Shown: positions 40,775 through 52,700 of the stretch, piece by piece
Position numbering within the stretch: the stretch's first letter is position 1
Layout of the letters: every line of letters starts with the position of its first letter
Source: a virus
IMG/VR virus record: IMGVR_UViG_3300030104_004642
Location: 51,003-115,002 of that record
DNA length: 64,000 nt
Reading direction: 5' to 3' (one strand)
Notes under the pieces: model-generated
The model's database searches: none
What the model was told of the DNA's origin: nothing
Seen by the model: only the letters and a program-made list of their open reading frames with translations
Position numbers and translations under genes: made by a program

Positions 40775-43700
40775 TTAGATATAGTTTTTAAATTTCAGTG
40801 ATTCAGTTCTATTGACAAGAGCAGATGTGGATATACCACTTACACCATCCTGACCATAGAAGTCAAAAGTTTGTGGATTCACTCTTTCAGCAAATTCAAT
40901 CTTACCCCAACTAAAACTTCCTTCATCAAAACTTGTAGTGTGAGCAATACCTGGACCAAATGTGTCAACATTACAAACAATTCTTCTAACTGATGTCACA
41001 ACACCAACATTGGTTTCATGAACAACTTCAACTCTCTCTGTTGTTGCTGTGGCAACCTGATAAACACAATCTAAGAATGTTGTAGCAACAGAAACAGGTG
41101 AAGCAAATGTACTACCTATTGATACATGAGTATTTTGAATTACAACATAGTCACCAGCAGACAGGGTGCTTACTGTGATAGCAGTTCCTACAAGAGAGGC
41201 ATCTCTCATAATGGAATTGATTGGAATATAGGTGTCAAAGAACAATTGTGGGTTGGAACTACTACCAGTGCTACCAAGACCAACTATGACTCCACTATCA
41301 CCAGTGTAGGAATTGACATTAATTGTTTCATGAGTTAATTTTGGTTCCTCAATCAATACAAGTGGAGCAGCAGAATAACCTGCACCACCATCAGTTACAG
41401 TCAGTGAGGTAACAGATCCATTAGTAATTGTTGCTATACCAGTTGCTCTTGTGGTGGTTCCAGCAATTGAAACCTCAGGAGCAGCAGCATATCCTTGACC
41501 AGCATTTGTAATAGTAAGGGCAGTGATAGTTCCTGCTGTGCTTACTGTGGCAGTTGCTGTAGCACCTTCAACTGTATTTTGTGAAGTAAGAGTAATATTG
41601 TCTTGGAATGCCCTATCATTTGTTTCATTATTGCCATCAAACAAGGGTCTTACAGAATCAACATAAGCAACTGTTGAACCAATGCCTACTGATGATGTAA
41701 GGAATGAGGTTGGGAAGATATTAGGTTCATACTTGACCCTATCCTTACCAACAAATTTACCATTAATTTTTCTATCAATGGTCTGCTTACACCATTTCAC
41801 TGGTCTGTTGATGGTCTTATCAATTGCTAAACCAGGACCATCATAGAAGTTGGTTTTAGATGCATCAACTGTTGTGATACCAGTGATTACTCTCTCATTC
41901 TGATTAAGATTGGGTGTTTGATCATTTTCAACATCAGCAGATAGTTCAACAGAGTCACCAATCTTAATAGTTTCAAGAACATCTCTGAAAACAACATCAG
42001 TTGCACCAGCACCCTTGTAAAATAGGATTCTTGATGTATCACCCTCTGGAATACCTGATCCTGGACCCTTAGGTGCTTCATTGAATGTGATCAGACTTCC
42101 ACCCTCAAATGTGTAGGATACACCAGGTACTTGAAGAATATCATTGATAAACACCAAGATTGTTTGATTAACTTCAATATTTGAATCTCTTGCTGCCACA
42201 ATTGAAACTGGTTCACCTTGTAATGTGAGTGGGAATACTCTATTGATTCCATTAAAATTATCATCAATTCTGTCAAGAACTTGGAACTCACCTGGTGAGA
42301 AAGCATTAAATGAATCACTGTAAATATCTTGAATAGTGATTTGGAATTCATTAAATGAAATTGAGGAATCAAGAGGAATACCTGTAGTGCCACCAGTGGG
42401 AACAGTCAGTATTTCATTTTTTCCAAATCCAAAACCAAAGTTATTAATTTCAAATTCAATTACATTTGAACCCTGACCAACCTTTATATCAACAGTAGCA
42501 CTTTGACCAACACCTGTTGTGGAACTTGATGAGTATTCAAGAGGGATACCTTTATAACTCAGTGGTTGATCAATAACAACAATTGGAGGATTAGTAGTTG
42601 TATATCCAGATCCAGGATTTGTTATGTTAATGCTTGTAATATTACCATTAGTCACAACTGCCTCACCAACATGGGTGAGAACAGGAATAACACCATCATA
42701 TGTCTGTACACCCACATTGTAAGCAGTAACAACACCAGTCCTATAACCAGAACCACTGTTTCCAATACTGACTGATTGAATAGATCCAGTGAGTGAGACA
42801 ACAGCAGTACCACCAGCACCAACAAGGGGTTGATATCCAGATCCTTCTGAGGAACCAACTGAAACAATCATTCCACCAATAGGAAGATTGCCAAGGTTTT
42901 GATCATAACCAGTAGCAGTGCCAATATTACTTCCAGTAAATTGAGCAGTTGTTACACCAGCACTTTCAAAGTTCTGGTATTCTCCTTCCTCAAGAACCTG
43001 AACACCCTGTGGTGATTGGAATATATTATTGACAAGAACAATTGTATTTGATGTAATACCAGTTACATCTGCCCCATTGTTCTTCAGAATAAATTCACTT
43101 GTAATACCTGTGAACTGTTCAGATACATCATCAAAGACAAAGTTATCATTATATGTCTCAACAGTTCCACCTGTTGCACCTCTCTTGGTGAATACTCTTC
43201 CACTAAATGTAGATTTGGTAGAAATGTCAGTATAATCCCTTTCATCAGGTGCTGCTGTGGTTGTTGAAAGTGGAACATTTCCAAATGGAGCACTTACAAA
43301 ATTAATTGTATTACCACTGATGTTGAAATTACCAACAAACTTCTCAATAGTTGCTCCCCCTGAGTGAGGGGCAATTGTAGAACCAAGGATGGGTCTCTCA
43401 ACAAAAATAGTTGTACCAGTTCCAGTAGAGCTGGTAACCCTCATAAATTCATCATCTATCTTAATGATGTCATTTGCTGAAATTGTAGTAATTCCACTTG
43501 TTTTGAAGTCAGTGTCAAATACAATACCATTAGTGAGAGATGCAGTAATTCCAGTTCTTGTAAGAGGTGCCTGAATCATGTTATCAACAGAAACAAGCAT
43601 TTTAGTATTCTGTTTAGTGGCAGTAATGAAATGTGAATTTCCAACACCTACACCAGAGAACACAATTCTATTAGGATTAACCTGTAAAGCATCAGCAGCA

Positions 43701-46700
43701 GAGGTGCAGAATCCAATTTTAAAATCATTGACCTTACTTACAAAAAGATCTGTGGGCAACAGGGTTGTTGAACCAACACTTCCACCAAAATCTGTTGAAA
43801 CAATCTCTATTCTTTGATCAGTGCCAGTAACTGTGTACTTGACTGCCTCACCACTCTGGAAGAAGTGATTGGAAGATATAATTACATTATCATCAGTATT
43901 AACACCAGTAACACCATTAAACTGTCTTGTAAAGATTGGATCACCTTTGTGCAACAGATTGAAATTTGTTCTTATATCAGATTTTGTACCAAAATAGTTA
44001 CCAACTTGTGTCTTAAAGAGACCATCATTGTAATCAATTTGTGACAAGGTATTAGATGGCTGAATTTCTCTTAGATCAACAAAGAAGTTCTTAACTTCAA
44101 CAGCAATACCTGGATTAGGTGTATAAACAACATTTACAAAGTTACCAGATGTTGTAACACCAACAGTTCCAAGACCAGCATTTGTAGCAACATTGGCAAA
44201 TTCAACATATTGTTGAGTTGGTATGGTAAGTGCATTCAATACACCAAGTTCAAATATTTCATGATGATTGTTTGATGTATCCTCAACAGTTATTACCTGA
44301 TAAGAAGCAGCATACTTCTCATCAACAGATGCTGTGTCATAACTGCTTATAATATGAGCAGTTGGTGATCCAGAGGAGGCAATTGATGTATATCCACTAC
44401 CAACCCTGGCAGTGGTCATTGAGGTAAATCCAGTGAATGAAGTACCCCTAACAGCAGAGACAACCTGACTATATGATGTTGCTGCAATCCCTGCACTTGG
44501 ATGGAATTTGAGAACTACATTGACACCACTTATCTCAGCACTGTAGGTTCCAATACCACCAAGATACAATGAAGAGTTAGTTTCATCAATATTGTTATAT
44601 TCAACAATTGAACAATCAGTATCATTATGAATGATATTCAGTTCAGCAAAATGATGATCATCACCATGGGTAAGAAGGTTTAGAACCTTCATTGATCTAT
44701 AACTGGTTCCCACAGAAACAATGTTAGTGATAGTGCCAGTTGGTACATTGACCTCCTGGGTTTCAAATTCAATGATATCACCAAATGATGATGTACCAGC
44801 ACCTACCAACTCAGGACCAATGGCAAAGGCAAAGGATGAAACAAAGTAATTATTAACTGTAAATTTGACTGGATGGAACTCAAAATCAAATTCACCTGTA
44901 CCTGCTGTAATATCAAAGAATCCCAGATCTGGATGTGTGTGTAACTTGGCATAACTGGTCATGTATGCCAATTCATCATCAACAACAGCAGTTGATACCT
45001 GGAATTGTCTTTCATCAGTAAATGTTGTATCCTGAACAAGGAAAAGACTCTTTACAAATTTAACTGTTGGATCAAATGTTGATACGTTTGCAAAAGCCTC
45101 AGATCTCTCATTACTATTGAATTCAACACTTACATCATCAACACTCAGAACCCTATTTCCCTGTGACTCAAAGTAATCTGTTAGGATTATGTTATCAAAG
45201 AAAACATTATCTGATGCTCTGTTGCCATTTACAGTGAAAATATTCTCCCTTGCTTTATCAACATCATTCCAACAATGAATATTACCCTCACCAATACAAT
45301 CTACAATAAATGACATTTCAGTATCATTTACTGCTGGTGTGAGTTTAGTATTTGAAGTGCTTTCTACTTGCAAATCAGAGAACTTCTTAAATCCTGCTGT
45401 GTGATTTAAAGCACCAACAGTATTATCCCAAGTGGTTAGAGAAATGGGTGATTTCAGTGAATAAGAGAATCTCTGGTAGTAATCATTATCAGGTAACCTT
45501 TGAAGTGAATCATTAAGCATACCAGTTTCTCTCTGCCAACCATAATTAATGGTTGTTCCAGCACCAGTTGTAATATCACCCTTGAAGTCCCATCTTCTTA
45601 CCACCTGTCCTCTTGTTCTTGAGGCATCACCTACAATGATTGTACCAATGGGCATGTCAAACTGTGACTTGACCTTCAAAATGCCAGTATCCTTGTTATA
45701 ACTATCCACCCTTCCTGTTTTACCATCCCAAGTAACAATCTCATCATCAAGGAAATCGTTAGAAGCAAGTGTGGTTTCAAATATTGGAAGATAATTACCA
45801 GGAACAACTGATGCAGAATTAAGTGAAATAACATTACCAGGTATTTCAGTAGAAGTCAGATAATCCTTCAAGGTGTATTCAACATAGGCACCAGATCCAC
45901 CAGGATTTGTATTTACACCAACAACATCAAACAGGTTATTACTGTATTGACTTGAATTGTAACCCCTTCCAGTTGTGCCAACACCAATATTAACATTCTC
46001 AACATAAACAGTTCCACCAATTGCAAATGGATACTCATCATCACTGTTGAATTGATTTGTAAGATTCAACCTTACAGTCTTACCAGTCACATTGATTGAT
46101 CCAATCTCAAAACCATTTGAATTATTAACTGCAATAATTCTTGGAGTGACAGGATACATCCCTCTGGTATTAGTGGTAATAGTTACCTCTGGATCACCCA
46201 ACTCATAGGAGATGACACAATCAACAATCTCATCAGTAAAACCATCCCTCACAATAAGTTGTGGTGCAACCAAATAATCAATACCAGATGATGAAATTCC
46301 AATCCTATCAAAAGAGGCAAGGGGATTTATCTCAACAATCTCAGGAAGATTTGCAGTTGGTTTCAGGGTTTTATCAGTTGGATAATTCCATCCAATATTG
46401 TTAGATGCAAATTTCTGATTTCTAATTTGACCAATTGATTCTGATTCTGCATAAATGATTGCCCCTGTTCCTAATACAGTCTTAATTGAAGAGACACCAG
46501 GAATTTTTGTATATCCATAGTTGTTGTCAACAAGGTTTACATGCTCAATAGGACCCTGTGCATTTACTGATGTTGTTGTATAATCAGCATCAGCAGTAGT
46601 TCTATCATATGAAACAATAGCAGATGAATTATCAAGATCAAATACAAATGTTGTAGATCCAATTCCCACCAAACTATAAGCACCATCAAGAACAGACAAT

Positions 46701-49700
46701 GATTTGTAAATTGTGTTATAGGAGAACACATTTTCATCAATTACAAGTTTCTTTTCTTCTGTAACAAATGACTCATTTTGATTACTAAACTTATAATAGA
46801 GAGAAGGAGGAATATCTTTTATTTCAAGTGTTAATTCACCATCAACACCAACTACACCTGAAGTCTTGACATTGAAATCTTGATCTCCATCTGTTGTTAG
46901 ATATTGATTCACAAACAGAGAATCTGTAAAGATCTCCATTTTAAATGCTGGATACTGAATAGAGTTTGAAACAAATGCCAGTGATGGATCAGATAAATCA
47001 AATTTAAGATTTGTTACAGCATCTATACTTGGATTGATCTTAGATAATGTTCCAATACCAGCAGATGTAATGTCAATGAAGTTTGGAGAGATTTTATTCA
47101 ATTCAAACTTTTCATCAACAAGTTTGATTGAAGTTTCTGTATCAACATAGACATAATACATTTTTTCATCTACCAATCCACCAGATGGTGAGCTAGATTG
47201 GTGAATTACTTTATCACCAGTTTTAAATGTATTAGTTGCCACACCAATAGCATTTGATACAATATCAACATCAGATGCTGTGAAACCCTGTGGGTTGAAT
47301 ACTATTCTTCTATTGAAGTTGTTATACTTAACTGAGATGGTTTCCTCATTTTTTGGATTCAAATTAAATTTGATCTTATCATTGACAAACAAACCATGTG
47401 TGCTTGCAGTAGATACAGTTACTTTTGTTCTTCTTGCTTCACCAGTGATTATATCATCAAAATTAGTTTTCAATCCATGGAAAACACCAGTTCCTAAATC
47501 TGTAAAGAACAATAATCCAACTGTTGGATCATTAATCTCAACATATTGAGCAATGTCACCAGTTGATCCTACACCAACCTTATTAGATGATAATCCAATA
47601 AAGTCATCAGAAACAGGAGCAACAAACAATTGGGTAAATGAATCAAGGGTTGTATAAGCAACTCCTGTTTTTCCATTCCACACCTCAATTGTGTCACCAT
47701 TTGGTGTGTATGTTAAAACATCATTTATTTTTAGATTGTGACCTGGAATATAAATGGTCTGCTCAGGTGCAAAAATGTTAGTGATACCAGCACCAGGATT
47801 CTTAAAGTTTAGTGTGATACCAGCACCCACAATGCCATCAGTGGTTGAAGTGCCAATACCAACTGACTCACTTGGTTCAAAGTAAAATTCAGTATTTGAT
47901 CTCAGCAGTTTAGTAGTTTTTAAAGTTCCAACATTAATATTGAACTGTCTGGAATCCTGGAATAGGGGAAGATTGCCAGTATGAGCAAAACCAGGAGTTG
48001 AATCCTGTGTTCTTATAACCCTGATTCTATTGTTGAGAGGATCACTATTGAGAACTTTTAACCTCTCAGATTCAATTGTAATAATATCATTTGGTCTTAT
48101 GAAAGGATATTGGAAAGCACCACCAACAGTTAAGAATGTAACAATACCAGTGTTTGCTACAACATCAATATTTTCAAGAAGGACATATGAACCACTATTG
48201 ATACCAACATTGTAATTGCCATCAAAACCATCAAAGTATTGTGACAGACCACCAATTCTCAACATTGTATTATTAATAATGTTGTGAGGTTGTGTCATAA
48301 TTCCAACAAACCTGTCAGATCTACCAACATTGATAAATTCAATATTTGTGAATAAAGTAGTATCAATGTCAACATTATTAACCTGTCTTCCTTTCAGGGT
48401 ATCAACAACACCCCTTGCTGCCTTACCAAATGTATCACCCTTGAATTCAATCCTATCATTAACTTTATAATTATCACCACCAGTAAAGATACCAACCGTA
48501 TTAACACTTCCTTGTGATACACCTGTTACTTCAATTACCTGTTCTCTCTCTTTATTTGAATTGAAGATATAATCATAACCACCAAAGGGTGTGTTAATCT
48601 TGTAAGGAGTTGTAATTCTTCTCCAATTATTTTCAACCAGGTCATAATCAACATGATTGGATAATTTTTTGAAGTTAAATGTATTAGGTTTATGTTGGAA
48701 ACTATCACCAATCAGGTATGGGAAAATTGGTTTTTTAAGATTCTTAAATGGACCACCACTTTCTGTAATGTCATTGATGGTAGAAAAATAGCAATATGTT
48801 CCATCAGGATAATCAGGTGTTACACAGAATCTACCATTACTTCTGTTAAGATCACCAGTTCCCAAGTATTCATAATCCTCCACAAAGAAACCAAGAGGAT
48901 ATGTGTTAAGTGGGGGTCTATCAGATTTTGCAGATGCCTCATAACCAGAGATCATCCTCCTTACACCACCACCATCTTGTCTATCATATCCATATGGTCC
49001 ATAGATTGGGCAACCATCATATGCCCAACCAATAATTGGAGAGTGATACTTAGATCTTACTTCCTGTCCATTTAATTTTTTTAAATCAGGATGTTGATAT
49101 TGAATTTCACCATTTGATTTTCTACCATATACTACTGTTCTTAGATTTCTTGGAGCATAGAGATGAGCAAGTTGAAGACTATTGCTAATTGATCCCTCAG
49201 CAACAATGCAGTCATCATCAGTCAGTTTGCTTAACTTCTGCTCAAACTTGTTAATTGTCCATTGATTAATATTAGCAGATACACTACCCTCAGCACCTGA
49301 GGGTTCAATGATGATCTGTGAATCAGACCTGTAATTTATTCCACCTGAAACAACAATTACAGATTTGATTACACCATTCTCAGTAATTGGTGTAAGTTTA
49401 CAATATGAACCAAGAGTTGTAGTAAGATGTGGGGGTGAATTATAACCACTACCACCATTGTTTACAATAACCTGTTTGATGGTTCCATTCTCAATAATTG
49501 GTGTCAACTGACCACCAGATCCACTCTTAAGGATTGTGGTTGGTTTTCTATCAAAGTTAAAGATCTCTGATGATCCATAACCAACACCAGATGTACTTAC
49601 ATCAGCAGCACTGATCTGACCCCTGAAAAGTGGTTGAACAGTGGCATTGAATTCCTGTCCAAAATTGGTGTCCAGACCAACCCTTCCTTCAATGGTGACA

Positions 49701-52700
49701 GTGATTGGTTTGTAATTAAAACAACCATCACCCTGACCAGTAATATCAAGTACAATGTTATTATCAATGTAATATCTTCTATCAACAGATCCAGTTCCCA
49801 CCTCATAAAGTTTGAAATTATTATCATCAATCTTACCAACAAAGTAATCTGTATTGGTGCTAATACCACCAACTGGTGTGGTCTTCTCCTCATAGCAGAT
49901 TATATCATTAGTATTGTATCCATGGTTCTTAATGGTAAAAATATCCAATGCTGTGCTTATACCAGCAGAGATGATTGCCCTTTCCTGATTTTTATAACCA
50001 GATCCAGGATTTGCAATATTGATGGAACTGATTATCTTTTTCTTTTCAATTGTAGCAATTGATTGCAATCCATTTCCCAGACCATTTAAACTAATAGTGT
50101 TAATACCAGCATCAGCTTCATCAAAACTACCAAAGAGTTTAATTTTTGTACCATCAACAACCTTTGAAAAATACACTGCGTCAGTGGTCAAACCAACAAC
50201 AGGATTTCTCTTTGAGATGTATTGTACCTGTTCAATGTTTCTCAGGTTGTGGAATGTTGTAAATCCAATAATGTCATTTGTAATATCAACACCACCATCA
50301 ATATTATTAAGTGCAATACCTGCTTGGAATGGTATTACATGATCAGTCTTGATTAAGTTTATGAATGCCTGAGCATGAGTTGTTGGATTACCACCAGTGA
50401 TTTTGACAGTTGGAGTATCAATGTAATCAAATCCAGGATTAATAATATTCAGTTCTGACAGGGAACCCTCTACACTTATGGTGCCAGATGCTCCACTTCC
50501 AAAACCATCAGTAATTTCAAGCAAAGGTGGATTGATCACATCATAATCATTACCACCACTTGATACATCAAATGAGTCAATTCCACCATAGAAGATGACA
50601 TCAGATGATTTGTAATTATCAATTTCTACACCATTAATCAGAACACCAGTTTTTCCAGGTTTTGTTGTGAAAGTCCCTGCTTCCTGTGTTGGTTCATCAA
50701 TCTCCCTAAAAATCTTCTGTCCTATCAGATTCTTTTCATAGAATGGGTAGTATGTGAATTTGTTATTAGTAACAGATCCAGCAGGAGTAATGTATTTTTT
50801 ATTCAGTAAATCTGCCCTACTCATTGCCAATCTGATACTGAAGGCATCTATCCTTTGAATAAAATATACACCCTCTTCTACATTAGTGAACTTACTTAAT
50901 TTTGTATCAACAATATCAGGACCACCATCTCCAGATTCAGTGATGGTTGTTACTGTGTTAGCACTATAATAAACAGCATCACCACTGAAGAAACCATGAT
51001 CTCCACTGGATGACAGTGTAATGATATCAAAGTTTGCTGCACCTGTAAAAGAAATTATTTTATCATCACATCTTATCTCATCATCATAATTTGGAATACT
51101 ATCAGATGCTAAGAGATACTTATCTTCCTTGAGATAAACATTTTGAACATTAGCATTGTAATTTCTAATAGAAAGTTTTGTTGAATTACCTTTCAATAAT
51201 TGATTCTCAATAGAGAAACTCTGTGATAATGTTGATGCTGGGATTGTATTACCCAACTCAACATTTATTGATTTACTTGAAACAATGGATGTTACTTCAC
51301 AATTAAAATTAGTGGAAGAATCCTTGTTGGTAAGGACAAGTTTATATCCAGTTTTTAGATGATGATTCTCAAGGCAATCAATCTGATAGATGTTGTTAGA
51401 ACTATTGACAAGTGTGATGTCTGATACTTCTAACTTAAATTTAATATTATAGAACCAATCATTCTTAGAATCATCAACACCAAGGGTTTTTAGACTAATC
51501 CTATCACCCTTACTAAGACCAAAGTTCTTATCAACATACTCAACCTCTTTCAGAGTTGAGAGCAGTCTGAATCTAATCTGACTTTCAGTACCAACACCTG
51601 TGTTAGCATAAGTATAGTCATATTTTCTTACATCAATGGCCTTATCAAAACTATTAGTGGTTGTGGTAACACCAAGAAATTGTGTAAGGTTCTTGTCAGT
51701 GTAGGAAAGGATATTCTCATTTCCAGATGAATCATCAACTGATAACTGACCTGATGTGGGAAAATCAATGGTTGAATCAACATCAAGGAAGGTAGCACCA
51801 ATAGCTACTGTATTCAGAAGTTTTGTTTTTGAGTTAGGTTCAAACTTGCCACGGATTGTTCCATCTACATCAATGTCCCTTTGATACCCAGTATCAATTG
51901 ACATTTGATAGAAATCACCCTCTGCATTTATCTTCTCAACTTTTGTGCAAGTTCCCCTCGCATTAGTTGAATCCTGATAGATGGTACGATTTACAACCTC
52001 TAAGGGATCACCAACATATGCCTCAACAACATAATCCTGACTGACCTTGTATTCAGCATCAGAGGGTCTAATCAGTTGATTGTTGGGTTTTAGTATTTCT
52101 ACATCAACACCATAAATTGCTTTGAAAAGGATCTTGAATGATTCATCAGTTCCTTTTGCCTTATAGAAACTATCTGATCCCTTTACAAAGTTTCTCTGAT
52201 CAAGACCAGTGGCAAGGGTTCTACTCTCAAAACCAGGTGCAATCTGTGTCTTTAACTTATTAAAGAACTCCTGTAAGAACAGGACGTTCAAATTCTTTAC
52301 AACAGCACCCTTCTTGTGTGCTGCTGCCAGTGATGTCTTGAATACCTGTTTATCAGGGATAAGGGTATTAGTGTACTCAGTTACACCACTAAATCCCCTC
52401 TTACAGTTCTCAAAGGTGGTAGCAGTCTTATTTCCGTACTTAATTATCTCATCATCAATCTGAATGATACCATTAGTCTCAGGAAACTCATATGTAAAGT
52501 TGGTATCAGCACTAAGCGTGATGGTATTGCCAATAATTCCTAAGTCAGCACCTAACCTACTCTCTGTTTTAATGGCAGCAAGTTCATCAACCTTGACATA
52601 TTGATCAAGGTTTTCAATCAGATCAAGAGTACCACCCTGTACCTCTTGAGAGATATAATATTCTTGTAAGAAACTAACCAGTAGTGGAAAGTCATCCCTA

